Assembly (NCBI GenBank): GCA_038062745.1
Contig: JBBTWO010000007.1
Coordinates: 1-55,991, forward strand
Length of the DNA: 55,991 bases
Direction: 5' to 3'
Source of the DNA: Patescibacteria group bacterium
GTDB lineage: Bacteria; Patescibacteriota; Microgenomatia; UBA8517
In this document: positions 9,323 through 19,538 of the stretch, one piece after another
Numbering within the stretch: position 1 is the first letter of the stretch
Layout of the letters: every line of letters begins with the position of its first letter
Notes under the pieces: model-generated
What the model saw: the letters and a program-made list of their open reading frames with translations, nothing else
Told to the model about the DNA's origin: nothing
Database searches by the model: none
Made by a program: the position numbers and the translations under genes

Positions 9323-10273
9323 ATGACACTAGAATTACAAACGTTTGAGTTTAATTCAATTGAGAAGGTTTTTGACACCTCATTGTATAAAGATGTCCCC
9401 TTGGAAAGAAGAAAAAGAGTTATTGCAAACCATTTGGCTGGATTGGTCTTGGAAGCGGGAGATAGAGATTTTCTAGAAAGAATTAATCCGTGGTGGGTGG
9501 TTATTACTCCAGATGGCCAAGCAATAGATATAATTAGTAGGCAAGATGTTAGTGGTAATTTTGGGGACAAAACACCTCTTTTGAAAAAAGAAAAAATCGG
9601 GGCAATTGATTTCTATTACAACAAAGGTCAGCTAGCCAAACCTGGAGATGTGATTTATTGGTTTAGTCCCGAGAAAGGAGATTCACTATATAAAGAAGCC
9701 AGGATAAATGTGGCAGAGGTTGTGGAGCTTTACGGGTTAAAAATTCTTAAGTGCTATGGGATTCCGTTGCAAACATTACCTAAAGATGTTTTGAAATTAG
9801 TCGAACACACAGAAGAATTAAGAGAAAAAGCCTTTATTTTTGAACCCCAGAACCCATTTCTAAAAAACTCTGATTGGTGGCTAGTAATAAAAAATGGAGT
9901 GCCAAAGAAAATGAAATCTGAAGCTATAAAGGCGGCTCTTGTTGTTGCTAAAGAAATGGCAGAAATGGTTGAGGAGGCTAGTGGAGACAGTGATTTTGTT
10001 AGTATAGGAGCATATGGTGAAAAGTATATGCTCAGCCAGGGGTGGTTTGTGAATAAAATAGCTTGTCCGGGCGTGTTTAACTTAGATATTTTAGCGCGTC
10101 GAGGTTTGCTTAGTGTTGCAGTAGATGGGTTTGGTAACTACAGAAAAACAGATGTAGAAGTGTATTTTGACTGCCCTAATTGCGAAGGTAAAATTCCTTC
10201 TGGAAGAGGCATTACAACATGTCCGTATTGTAATGCTAAAAAAGATGATTATAAGTCTGACTGTTCCAGGTGA
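9323..10273 (+). CDS. Hypothetical protein with C-terminal zinc-ribbon
   Basis: 316-aa ORF divergent from the T4SS operons. The C-terminus reads YFDCPNCEGKIPSGRGITTCPYCNAKK (CxxC...CxxC). No other recognisable motif. Confidence 0.6.
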   Translation: MTLELQTFEFNSIEKVFDTSLYKDVPLERRKRVIANHLAGLVLEAGDRDFLERINPWWVVITPDGQAIDIISRQDVSGNFGDKTPLLKKEKIGAIDFYYNKGQLAKPGDVIYWFSPEKGDSLYKEARINVAEVVELYGLKILKCYGIPLQTLPKDVLKLVEHTEELREKAFIFEPQNPFLKNSDWWLVIKNGVPKKMKSEAIKAALVVAKEMAEMVEEASGDSDFVSIGAYGEKYMLSQGWFVNKIACPGVFNLDILARRGLLSVAVDGFGNYRKTDVEVYFDCPNCEGKIPSGRGITTCPYCNAKKDDYKSDCSR

Positions 10274-10300
10274 ACACAATTTGCATAAAAATGGTAAAAT

Positions 10301-12235
10301 GTGTCAATGGGAGTTGATGATGACTTTTCTGAGCCAGTGAATCGATCGAGAGATGAATCAAATCTACCTGGAGGATGGGCTTTCATGGGTCGAGAGACAC
10401 AAACATCACAACAAAAGAGTTTCAAGGAAATCCAATCTGAACTAAACGATCTTACTCTTGCTCCCGACCAAAGAACAGCTCTTGAAGGACAGAGACGTAC
10501 ACTTGTAAGAAACTTTGGTGCATTTGCTAGGGACTATTTACTTCAAGACCTTCCAGTTTCTGTTGATGCTCAGATGTCGAGCAGTACTTGGGATACAGTT
10601 TATCCTAATTTACTAACATTAGCATTGGAAACAGAAAACGATGTCAGTGGAATGCGAGGATACAATCCTAATTACGAAGGCATAACGTCAACTTTAGTTA
10701 GAGGTGTTGCAGCAGAAACCAGAGAAGTAGGATTAGCTAATAAAGGCACAGAAGCAGATAGGCAGTGGAGAGAAAAGAAAAGATTGATGCCAGCCGCAAT
10801 AAACACGCTTAACTCAGTAATTGAAGAAGCAGATGCAATCGAAGATATTTTAAGAGAAATTGTTGACCCAAATTTTGAGCTTATGCCCCAAGACGTATTA
10901 GCTTTAATAAAACCTGATAGACAAGTTGCCCAAAACCAGCCAGTTGGAAATGCGCCGCAAGACCTGCCGTTTAACGCTGAAACTTTTGCAAGAATGATGG
11001 GGCAAGGCACTCCCGAAGAACAAAAGGAGTTATATTTAAAAGCTGAGGAAACAATGGTTCCTATGCAAATGGATTTACAGGTTCCTAATTTTTTACTTGG
11101 AGCAGACCGTAATATTAGAGCAAAAGAGCAGAGAGAGTGGAAGGCAAGGGCGGCGCTGTCTTCTATGGCTGGACACAAAAGAATGGCACCCGGATATGAT
11201 AAGCAATTTCCAAATCAAGCTCAAATTGATTTTTCTGGCGAATTCTTAACAGATTCGTTAGGTATACAAGGCACTATGGAGATAGGTTCCTTTTATACTT
11301 ACTGTATAGCAAGGAACGCTGATATTTCTTTTCTGAGAGTGCCCAATCCTAAGTATGTTTCACCAGAAAAATGGGACGCAAATACCAAGCCGATTCAAAA
11401 GAAACAGTTTACTACAAGTTTTTTTGAAATTAGTACTGCACCCCAATTTGCTGAAATTCGAGGGAAAGTAAGAGAACTTGCAGTGAGAAATTGGGATCTT
11501 GAGAATCTTGGCGAAGCTAGAGACGCAGAACAAGTGGCGTGGAATTTGATTTTTTCAGGCAATGTCGTTGAGGAATTTGATAGTATATATGCTTTTGGTT
11601 TGGAAGATAGAATTCCTCCAGCAGTACCACAATTAAAAGCCTTAACACTTTGGATGATGATGCACCCTCAGGAACGGCTTGCTGCAAAAGCCGGCGATCC
11701 CAACAAGAGAGAAAACCAGGAAGCAATGGGGGTTTTTGGGGAGTGGGCTGTTAACCGCACACGATCAACAGGCTCAAAACTTGACGTAGAAGTATTACCA
11801 AGAAAAATGTTTGAAAACGCACTCAAAGGAATAAAGGCTTCTGTGGATGGCGAGGAGCTTACTTTGTTTGATATTTTTGTTAGAAATGGTGAGGTTTTGT
11901 TCGGACAAAGAGTGCCGGAAAATTGGGTCAGTACTAACAATATTGAATGGGGAGGTATGGAAACTCCGTTTGCAAGCTATCAATTCGATTCTATCTCTCC
12001 AGCTATTAAAGTATTTGATGTTGTTATGAAAGGTAAAGATTCGGGGGTTGATTTGTTAGCACTTGGCACTGTTTGTAGAAAATTAAAACTCGATAACGAT
12101 CAACGCGAAAAACTCCTTATGGCTTGGTGGGGAATTAAAGCACAAGGTTCAAAACTGTCTCCTAAGATAGGTGCGATGGATTGGATATATGCAAAGAACG
12201 CAGTTAAAAAGAATTACCCTGGATTTTTTAGTTAG
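10301..12235 (+). CDS. Hypothetical protein (ORFan, 644 aa)
   Basis: Long clean ORF with no TM helix or catalytic motif that I recognise. It is co-directional with and 27 nt downstream of the 316-aa gene. The start could be GTG 10301 or ATG 10307. Confidence 0.6.
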   Translation: MSMGVDDDFSEPVNRSRDESNLPGGWAFMGRETQTSQQKSFKEIQSELNDLTLAPDQRTALEGQRRTLVRNFGAFARDYLLQDLPVSVDAQMSSSTWDTVYPNLLTLALETENDVSGMRGYNPNYEGITSTLVRGVAAETREVGLANKGTEADRQWREKKRLMPAAINTLNSVIEEADAIEDILREIVDPNFELMPQDVLALIKPDRQVAQNQPVGNAPQDLPFNAETFARMMGQGTPEEQKELYLKAEETMVPMQMDLQVPNFLLGADRNIRAKEQREWKARAALSSMAGHKRMAPGYDKQFPNQAQIDFSGEFLTDSLGIQGTMEIGSFYTYCIARNADISFLRVPNPKYVSPEKWDANTKPIQKKQFTTSFFEISTAPQFAEIRGKVRELAVRNWDLENLGEARDAEQVAWNLIFSGNVVEEFDSIYAFGLEDRIPPAVPQLKALTLWMMMHPQERLAAKAGDPNKRENQEAMGVFGEWAVNRTRSTGSKLDVEVLPRKMFENALKGIKASVDGEELTLFDIFVRNGEVLFGQRVPENWVSTNNIEWGGMETPFASYQFDSISPAIKVFDVVMKGKDSGVDLLALGTVCRKLKLDNDQREKLLMAWWGIKAQGSKLSPKIGAMDWIYAKNAVKKNYPGFFS

Positions 12236-12236
12236 T

Positions 12237-13808
12237 TTATTTTATTAAGTTTAACATTCTAAGAGCTTGGGCAACTGGATCTCTACCTGTACCGCCAGCA
12301 AGTTTGTCATATTCTTCTCTCTTGGCATAATGGTAAGAAACGGATGCTTGAACTGGTTTAAGCGCTTCACCTAAAGCCGCTCCATAGTTGAATTGTCCAC
12401 CTTTGATTAATGACTGGACTAGTTCTGCTGATTTTGGAATTATAGTGAATATAACCATCGACACCCCTAATAATAAAAAGTTAGCCATAAATCCACCACC
12501 ACCAATTAATGGTGGCCAACCCAAATTCGTACTAGGATTAAGAGTTGTTGTTAATAATCCATCTATGGAAAGAAAATTTGCCATAGCGGTGTCTAAAAAG
12601 ATTATTGTAAGAAGTAAAAGCACGCTGGTTGTAACAAATATTGCTAAATTAGAGATATAACTTCTCATCCAGATACCAAAACCAAAATTTGGAACAAGCA
12701 TTCCTAATAAAATATGAAAAGGAGCTGCGATAATTAATAACAAGGTCATTGCATACGCCTTTATAAGCGTAAAAACTACTTTGGCTGCCATAAACAAAAT
12801 CATTATGCATACACCTATTCCAATAAAAACTAAAAGTAAAGAAAAACCAGCTGTTGGAACTGCGAGAGCTAGTCCGAACAATATCATTCCCATCATAAAC
12901 ATAACTGCCATAAAAACAGCTGATCCAAAGATAATCAAGAAGCCCCAAGATGTTAAAAAGTTAAATGCAATTGTGGTATTTCCCAGAAACTCAGCCGCAG
13001 GTATACTAATAACTCCATACACTACATACATTAAATCGATTAAAAGTCCTGCAATTGCATATGAAAAAGTGATTAGAATTAGCGCTGAAATTACTTTAAC
13101 AAGTGAAGATTGAACAGTAATGGCTATTTGAGGGGAAATTTTCATTCGGAACATAATCATAAACGACATCGCAATTATTACTATAATCATCAGAGAGTAA
13201 CTAATGTTTCTTGTAACAATCCACAGACTTCTGACTGGGGATAGAGCTCCAAAGCCAAATCCTGTTTGTGCTTTTACTTCAGTAATTATGTGAAAGTTGG
13301 CCAGCTTTTCAACAACACCTCCTGTAAATGATAGGTCTTTTCTTGTTGTTAATGCTGCCCATAAAGTTGTAGGTTGGTTTGACATACCATCAGCTTGTAA
13401 TTCTTTAACTGAATCAACCAACTGACTCATTCTTTGAGCTATTGGGGGGATACATGGCGCAATCTGAACCATACTTTTCAAATCTAGCGTTGCAGCATTA
13501 AGCAGATCTTTAATGCTAATATTGCTTTTCATCAAACAAGCAGCTGGTTCTGAACCGACAGTTTGATTAATGAAAAATGAAGGAACACTCCAGATAACCC
13601 AATTTACTTGTGCTGCTGTGTATCTTTCACCAAACATTTCAGTGACAGGGGTCGCGGGATCAAATGTCTTTACATACCAATCATTAAAATTTGGATCATA
13701 CCAGTGGGTTTGCGCTTTCACTTCAGACTGAAAAAGAACTGAAATAGTAGAAAATAAAACTAAAAAAACAAAAAAAGATGTAAGAAGTTTTTTGAAAAGA
13801 TTAGGCAT
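12237..13808 (-). CDS. Polytopic membrane protein, VirB6/TrbL/PrgH-like candidate
   Basis: 523 aa. It has a signal peptide (FVFLVLFSTISVLFQSEVKA/QT), a ~170-aa extracytoplasmic segment, then at least 6-7 TM helices. It is the last gene of the pilin-containing operon. The assignment rests on topology and context only. Confidence 0.45.
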   Translation of the reverse strand: MPNLFKKLLTSFFVFLVLFSTISVLFQSEVKAQTHWYDPNFNDWYVKTFDPATPVTEMFGERYTAAQVNWVIWSVPSFFINQTVGSEPAACLMKSNISIKDLLNAATLDLKSMVQIAPCIPPIAQRMSQLVDSVKELQADGMSNQPTTLWAALTTRKDLSFTGGVVEKLANFHIITEVKAQTGFGFGALSPVRSLWIVTRNISYSLMIIVIIAMSFMIMFRMKISPQIAITVQSSLVKVISALILITFSYAIAGLLIDLMYVVYGVISIPAAEFLGNTTIAFNFLTSWGFLIIFGSAVFMAVMFMMGMILFGLALAVPTAGFSLLLVFIGIGVCIMILFMAAKVVFTLIKAYAMTLLLIIAAPFHILLGMLVPNFGFGIWMRSYISNLAIFVTTSVLLLLTIIFLDTAMANFLSIDGLLTTTLNPSTNLGWPPLIGGGGFMANFLLLGVSMVIFTIIPKSAELVQSLIKGGQFNYGAALGEALKPVQASVSYHYAKREEYDKLAGGTGRDPVAQALRMLNLIK

Positions 13809-13833
13809 TACACTAGATTCTAGCAGAAATTAA

Positions 13834-16365
13834 TTATTTAGTACAAACACTATTTATTCCAGCCAGCCATTTTTGAGCCATTGAGTCATATCCATTTGCC
13901 GTTGGGTGTGCTCCGTCTGACATTAATTCAATACCTGTCATTGGGACTAATTTTACATAACTGCTGAACTCAGAATCGTTGGCAATGTCTGCTAGTCCTT
14001 GATTATATTGGTCAACTGCTGCTTGATAAGTAGTGTAATTGATGGTTGCAAGCAAAATTTTAGCGTTTGGTGCTGCTGCGTGTGCTGAGGTAATGATTTG
14101 CCGCATATTTTGTAAATTTTGTTCAACACCAATGAAGGTGAGTTTGTTTGTTCCTATATCCATTAAAACAATGTTTGGCTGAACAGTTTTTACAAATCCC
14201 GTAACGCGGGTCAAGAAAAAGTCTGTTCCTTGAGCTCCATAGCCTGCGTGATCATCGTCTGTGGCTGGGGGGTCATATTTTTGGGTGCTGCTGCCAACAA
14301 GATTAAACTTATAGCTCGCTGAGGTAAGTGCAGTGTATAGGAATTGTCGATAGCCGGGGTATGTGTCGGCATTGTCGTTAAAAGTTGTTCCAACGGTTAT
14401 AGAGTCTCCCAGTGGCATAATGTTTAATTCTTCAGAACAAGATGTTATTCCTGGTTCTGGAGTTTTGTTTTGGTAGGTTGACGGCAAAGTAGTGATGCTT
14501 CCCGGTTCACCAGACGCTTTCTCGGCACTCATTATTGTTAATTCTGATGGGGCTGTTTGTTTGCCGTTTGCTGAATGTTGACCAATGTTTGGATTTTCAT
14601 CTGCGCTGTCGCCAAACATGGTCAAAATAAATTCTCCAGCCGTATCTTCAACTGATGACAAAGGAATATTTTGGAACAATTTAGCATTAATAGTTTGAAT
14701 ATTGAATATTTGCCTAAATGCTTGGACTAAATCCAATCCAAAAATGTCAGGAATTATACTTGGATCTCCAAATCTCCAAGCAGTAAGGTCGTCTTGATAT
14801 TTTTGTGGATCGTTTTTATATTCATCACTATTCATATCTGGAGGAGAAGGATCAAATTTTGATAAATTCTGGCTTGTGTTGCCAAAATAACCTTCGCCTT
14901 CAATCTTGTAGTCGTGTACCTCTTTACCAACTGTTTCAGGGCTTGTTGCTAAAGTTCCTCTGGCCTCAGAATTTTGCATATCCCAAGGTAGCAGTTTTCT
15001 TATTGGTCCTGAAAAATTAATAACACGATCAATTTGTTCAATTGAAGCGTCAATTAACGGCTCAGCAACTTGAGGAACACCTGTTAAGTAGTAAGACAGA
15101 TATTCATTTACTTTTTGTTCGTCGGTTAAATTACCTGTTTGGGTATTTCCGAGTATGCCTAAATTTGCATCCTTTAGATCGGCAGTTAAGTCAAAGCTCG
15201 AACTTCGGTAGCAGGTTACCCCTAATCCATTTGGATCTTTATCACAAATAGTATGATCATATTGTTGACCTGCAGCATTGGTAACTTTTAGTCCGTCGTA
15301 TTTACCGTTATCTCCATATGGGTCAAAGGCTTCTGTTCCCACAGGTTGTAATTGTGGACCACAAGAATAGGTAATGTATTTTTGATAATCAGGTGCCTCT
15401 CTGTCCAGTGCCTTTGGTATTGACTGAGGAATTAATGGATCACAGGCATTTGCAGGATATGGTCTTAAGGGATGAAATTCAGGATCTGCTGTTTGATCAC
15501 AAGCAATGGTGTCGGGAAGAAAATCTGTTAATGGTCTTTGATTGGGAAGCACTTCTCCTCCCGGCTCGGTAAAGCCCATTTCTCCCTCACAGGTGGTGCT
15601 GGTAATTTGAGCATGATCCCACCAATCTTTACCAATACGTGGATCAATGAAACTTCCTGTATCTCGTATTGCTACTTTTACAGATCCTCCTTGAACATTT
15701 CCCAAAACAAATCCACACGGAAGGGCAAGAAGTGTTGTTCTTCCGTTTGCTTCATTCTCATTGTAAGCAGCCAAAAGTTCGTCACTAACATTAAAATCTA
15801 ATAGATGTATAGCATAACCAACTGCAATACTGTCTTGGGTTCCGTAATGAAGTGTTACGTCGGATTCTGTAGCGTATAACACTGTTACTTGGTGATTTTG
15901 ATCGTCAATTGTATAACCCGATTGTGGAACTTTGACCTCTTCACCATCTCCTGCTTGCAAAGCAACCAAAACAGTTCCCCAATTGCCGGTGTAGTCGGCT
16001 TTAATGTCGTCACCTAAGGCTCCGCCGCTCCATTGTTTGACTGTGTAAAGATTAGTAAATTGGGGATTTGGATTGCTGACTGATCCAATTAGAGTGTTGA
16101 GTTGGGGGGCTAAATTGTCAGTTGGCCCGCCAACATTTATTTTTACTAAATCCTCTGGTTCTGGAGGAAGACCAATTGTATTAGAATTTGGATATGGTGG
16201 ATTAACCTCTATATATCCATCAGGCATTCTTTTTCTGATATTTACATCAAAATCATCTTTTGCCTCTGGAGTTCTTGCAATTAAAGAAGAAGGCATGAAA
16301 ATTAAAACTAACAAGGCAAAGACTAAACCAATTTGAATTAATTTTTTAAAATTTAATTTTTTCAT
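13834..16365 (-). CDS. Large secreted protein with C-terminal SGNH/GDSL hydrolase domain
   Basis: It has an N-terminal signal/TM (IQIGLVFALLVLIFMPSSLIA). The C-terminal ~200 aa carry a GDSL block (IMPLGDSITVG), a block-III-like MDIGTN, and a DxxH block (SDGAHPTANGY). I prefer the start at ATG 16365, which shares ATGA with the upstream stop; the track start is 16380. Confidence 0.7.
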   Translation of the reverse strand: MKKLNFKKLIQIGLVFALLVLIFMPSSLIARTPEAKDDFDVNIRKRMPDGYIEVNPPYPNSNTIGLPPEPEDLVKINVGGPTDNLAPQLNTLIGSVSNPNPQFTNLYTVKQWSGGALGDDIKADYTGNWGTVLVALQAGDGEEVKVPQSGYTIDDQNHQVTVLYATESDVTLHYGTQDSIAVGYAIHLLDFNVSDELLAAYNENEANGRTTLLALPCGFVLGNVQGGSVKVAIRDTGSFIDPRIGKDWWDHAQITSTTCEGEMGFTEPGGEVLPNQRPLTDFLPDTIACDQTADPEFHPLRPYPANACDPLIPQSIPKALDREAPDYQKYITYSCGPQLQPVGTEAFDPYGDNGKYDGLKVTNAAGQQYDHTICDKDPNGLGVTCYRSSSFDLTADLKDANLGILGNTQTGNLTDEQKVNEYLSYYLTGVPQVAEPLIDASIEQIDRVINFSGPIRKLLPWDMQNSEARGTLATSPETVGKEVHDYKIEGEGYFGNTSQNLSKFDPSPPDMNSDEYKNDPQKYQDDLTAWRFGDPSIIPDIFGLDLVQAFRQIFNIQTINAKLFQNIPLSSVEDTAGEFILTMFGDSADENPNIGQHSANGKQTAPSELTIMSAEKASGEPGSITTLPSTYQNKTPEPGITSCSEELNIMPLGDSITVGTTFNDNADTYPGYRQFLYTALTSASYKFNLVGSSTQKYDPPATDDDHAGYGAQGTDFFLTRVTGFVKTVQPNIVLMDIGTNKLTFIGVEQNLQNMRQIITSAHAAAPNAKILLATINYTTYQAAVDQYNQGLADIANDSEFSSYVKLVPMTGIELMSDGAHPTANGYDSMAQKWLAGINSVCTK

Positions 16366-18764
16366 GGTGCTTGATAGCATACTTCAGGTTTGTCGGTGTC
16401 TGGATTGTCACCTAACCTTTTTGGCCAATTTGTTCCATCACAATATCCTGACCCTAAACAAACAATGTCTGCATAGCTCATGTTGTTACAATCTCCTCCT
16501 CTGCATTGTGATGATGTAAAGTGTCCTTTTGCAAAATTCTTGGTACTGATGTCGGGTGTATCCCCTCCATAATATCCACAACTGGCTACTCTTACTTCCC
16601 TTTGGGTGGTTATTTTGCCTCCTGGATATTCTCCTATTTTTGATAGTAACAACCTAGCGGCTATTTCCATTGTGTCTACCGGCCAACAGCGATTTAATTT
16701 ACCATCAATTTTTACACACTGATTTACTTCTGTCTCTGCTTTTTGGGTCTCGTCAACTGTTATGTTGTAGCCATTGTCGCTCATGGCCATGAGTCCTAAG
16801 TAAACACCAAATTTATAGCTGCAAGTATAAGGTTCACTTTCTGTATAAAAAGGCAAGGCTTCAATTCTATATATCCAATCAAGAACACCCTTCGGAACAC
16901 TGGCTGCTGCTCCGCCATTGTCGATTGAGGCTTGAAGGATGTCGTTTTGGAATTCTGTGCTTTCTGGATCTGGTGCACTACAGACTCCGGCGGGGGAGGG
17001 GGCAGGTGAGGTTCCTGGTGGAATTCCAGATGAGGTACCAGCGTTTTTTGGTCTCAAGGCTTTTTGTAAATCTTCAAGCCAATATTTTTTAAGAGATCCA
17101 ATATGGGGAACATAGAAAGATGGAGAGTTGCCATCTTCAGTTTTTAATTCTACTGGTGAATCACTCTCAGTGTTTTGAACTGCAGAAGCACTGTAAGCAA
17201 CTGAGGAGGGGATTTCATCAAATTCTTTTGTATTTATAGATGGCATAAATCGTTTGAATAAGGATTGAGATCCATTGACCATAACATCATAAATATATTC
17301 AACTAAAGGATTTTTAATATAGACTGCAGCTTTTCCTTCTGTCTGACGCTCAACTTGGGGGATAGAACCACAAGTAAATTGTCCTCCACCTTTATCTATT
17401 GGATTGGCGTGACATTGAGGATCGGTAGCGCGTTGCGAACAACAGTTCTCGGGATAGAGAGTGTCTACTCCATCGGCCAAGCAGTTCGTAGGTTTAGGGC
17501 AGGCATCATACTCGTATTTTTGGGTAAACAGAACCCGGCCAACTATTTTTGGCCCAACCAAATCATCACCTTCGTTGTTTTTTACTTCTGGAACCACACA
17601 AGCCATCTGGTCATATGGTGGGTCAGTTTGTGCTTGATATGTTTCTGCTGCAGGAACAACTTGAGCCACTACTAAAGAGGAATTGTTTGTTTCTTTATTT
17701 ACAACTGTAGTTGCATCGTCTACTCCTTGATGTTTTTCAATTTTGGTTGTAACCACACCAGGGTTGGTCAGGGATGCATTTTGATTTGACGGTGGAGCAT
17801 TATTTTTCAGGGAACTAGGTTGAGGATTAAAAATTGCCTGAGCCATAGCCGACAACGCTGCAAGTAATCTTAAGTGTGGAAACCACAGCCTGGATTCTCC
17901 TTCACCGCCAACCTCAACACCTCCCGGGCCACATCCAGCCACATTGGCATCACAAAACCAGATTGCTTGATTATTTACAACACACGCCGAACCACTACAA
18001 GGCACTGTTCCGTTATACATAACCGCTCCGGTATATAATTTTGCTTGAGTTATATCGTCTGTGTATTCTTTTCCTCCGATTAGAAATCCTTGTGCTTTTC
18101 TACTGCCTTCCGCTGGGTCTGGAAAGTCAGACATGGTTGGATTACATCTTCGATAATTGTTGCCCCAGCAAGCTAGGTATTTTCCATCGGTTGAAAACTG
18201 GCAGCCAATTTCTGCTTCGTCAGACGATCCACACAGAGGAGCCCGAACTCTATAAACACTACAAGCATCATCTTGGCTTTTGCAGTAAAGTGTATATGAA
18301 TTTCCGGGAGCGAGGCCGGCAACTGGATTGGTACATTGGGATCCACCAACAGATATTCCACTAGATGGATCTGGAAAAATATAGTCAGTTTTAACACTAT
18401 AGCCAGCGGGAGCGCTGCAGCCTGCTGGAACATAAGCGCAAGTTTGAGTTGGATCTGGTATGGGGCAACTGGTAGTTGGAATAATACAAGCTCGCCCCTC
18501 AAACTTATTGTTTGAATTAATATTAAGACATTGTTGTTGATCTGTTATCGTAGAACAATCTCCCGGCTGAGTAGTGCCTTCACATTCTGGTGGGGCATCA
18601 GGTTTTTGTACACACCCTTGGCCTGCTTGCCACCAACACCAGTAACAGCCATTAGAAGAATTACAGTCGTGTTGGGCAGTGTTAACCGCAAAGACAGTTT
18701 TTGGATTATTAAACAACAAAAAAAATCCAAGTAAAAAAAATGCAGACAGCAACATTTTATTCAT
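16362..18764 (-). CDS. Cys-rich secreted giant protein (800 aa), C-terminal region weakly lytic-transglycosylase-like
   Basis: Signal peptide is MNKMLLSAFFLLGFFLLFNNPKTVFA. I count ~39 Cys by hand, clustered in the first ~280 aa and the last ~350 aa. The C-terminal segment ..DWIYRIEALPFY..GVYLGLMAMSDNGY.. loosely recalls the SLT E...GLMQ...Y motifs (low confidence). Confidence 0.65.
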   Translation of the reverse strand: MNKMLLSAFFLLGFFLLFNNPKTVFAVNTAQHDCNSSNGCYWCWWQAGQGCVQKPDAPPECEGTTQPGDCSTITDQQQCLNINSNNKFEGRACIIPTTSCPIPDPTQTCAYVPAGCSAPAGYSVKTDYIFPDPSSGISVGGSQCTNPVAGLAPGNSYTLYCKSQDDACSVYRVRAPLCGSSDEAEIGCQFSTDGKYLACWGNNYRRCNPTMSDFPDPAEGSRKAQGFLIGGKEYTDDITQAKLYTGAVMYNGTVPCSGSACVVNNQAIWFCDANVAGCGPGGVEVGGEGESRLWFPHLRLLAALSAMAQAIFNPQPSSLKNNAPPSNQNASLTNPGVVTTKIEKHQGVDDATTVVNKETNNSSLVVAQVVPAAETYQAQTDPPYDQMACVVPEVKNNEGDDLVGPKIVGRVLFTQKYEYDACPKPTNCLADGVDTLYPENCCSQRATDPQCHANPIDKGGGQFTCGSIPQVERQTEGKAAVYIKNPLVEYIYDVMVNGSQSLFKRFMPSINTKEFDEIPSSVAYSASAVQNTESDSPVELKTEDGNSPSFYVPHIGSLKKYWLEDLQKALRPKNAGTSSGIPPGTSPAPSPAGVCSAPDPESTEFQNDILQASIDNGGAAASVPKGVLDWIYRIEALPFYTESEPYTCSYKFGVYLGLMAMSDNGYNITVDETQKAETEVNQCVKIDGKLNRCWPVDTMEIAARLLLSKIGEYPGGKITTQREVRVASCGYYGGDTPDISTKNFAKGHFTSSQCRGGDCNNMSYADIVCLGSGYCDGTNWPKRLGDNPDTDKPEVCYQAP

Positions 18765-18790
18765 GATTTATTTTACCATTAGAAGGGCAA

Positions 18791-19114
18791 TTAAGGTTGA
18801 ACGACTGTGAAGTTGAGGATTCCTGTAACACCAGTAAAATTCCCAATTAACTGGAGAATAAAATATGAAGCTACAATGAAAACCAGACCCAAAATTGCAT
18901 AAGTAATTGTTTTTTGTGCTCCTTGTGCTTTTCCTGCATCCGTGCCAGCAGTCAAAAAATTAAAACCCCCAATCAAAAGCATAATAAACAAAGCAAGTCC
19001 GGCAAAACCAACGGCAAGACCAACCACATTTGAAAAGAGTGTTTCAAAACCACCAATGGTTGCCACCCCAGTATCGTCAAAGGTAGGTATTTCTGCTGCA
19101 TGAATTTCGAACAT
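18791..19114 (-). CDS. VirB2/TrbC-like two-helix pilin paralog 8
   Basis: 107 aa with two TM helices flanking the loop NFLTAGTDAGKAQGAQKTITYAILGLV. It shares this architecture with the seven genes upstream. Confidence 0.6.
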   Translation of the reverse strand: MFEIHAAEIPTFDDTGVATIGGFETLFSNVVGLAVGFAGLALFIMLLIGGFNFLTAGTDAGKAQGAQKTITYAILGLVFIVASYFILQLIGNFTGVTGILNFTVVQP

Positions 19115-19161
19115 AGCAATAGTTTAAATTAACTTAAGGCAATAGACAACAGGAGACGAGT

Positions 19162-19530
19162 TCAAATGAAAGCTGTTGGAAGTTCAAGTGTGAATATGTC
19201 AACACCAAAGAATGCTTTAATAAGTTGAGCAATTGCCCAAGCTGAGAAGACGATAACTAAACCAACTAAAGCTGCTGTAATTTGATTTCTCGCAGATTCT
19301 GTTTGTCCTTTATCTCCTCCTGAGAGTATCCATTTAATACCACCAATAACTAACATAAAAAAGAAAACTATAGCCGCAATAACTAAAGCAAAGGTAATAA
19401 GCCCAGAAATTAAACTCGCTATTGTTAGATTTTCTGGTGAGAGAGTTTCAAAGTCATCTGTGCTAGGAACCAATTTTATATCGGTAGAAGTTTCACCTGC
19501 TGCTAATACTGTGTGAATAAGTCCGAACAT
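19162..19530 (-). CDS. VirB2/TrbC-like two-helix pilin paralog 7
   Basis: 122 aa with two TM helices and the loop WILSGGDKGQTESARNQITAALVGLVIV. Confidence 0.6.
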   Translation of the reverse strand: MFGLIHTVLAAGETSTDIKLVPSTDDFETLSPENLTIASLISGLITFALVIAAIVFFFMLVIGGIKWILSGGDKGQTESARNQITAALVGLVIVFSAWAIAQLIKAFFGVDIFTLELPTAFI

Positions 19531-19538
19531 ATGAATAA

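Noticed and set aside
1016-18734. Many 60-170-aa ORFs antisense to or nested in long genes (e.g. 1016..1390, 1667..1876, 2996..3256, 3377..3754, 4439..4840, 6535..6816, 8247..8513, 10672..11178, 12388..13113, 14805..16336, 17355..18734)
   Set aside because: Each lies entirely within a longer ORF that has recognisable motifs or a clear membrane/secretion architecture. Their translations are low-complexity or mirror-image hydrophobic sequence typical of shadow ORFs.
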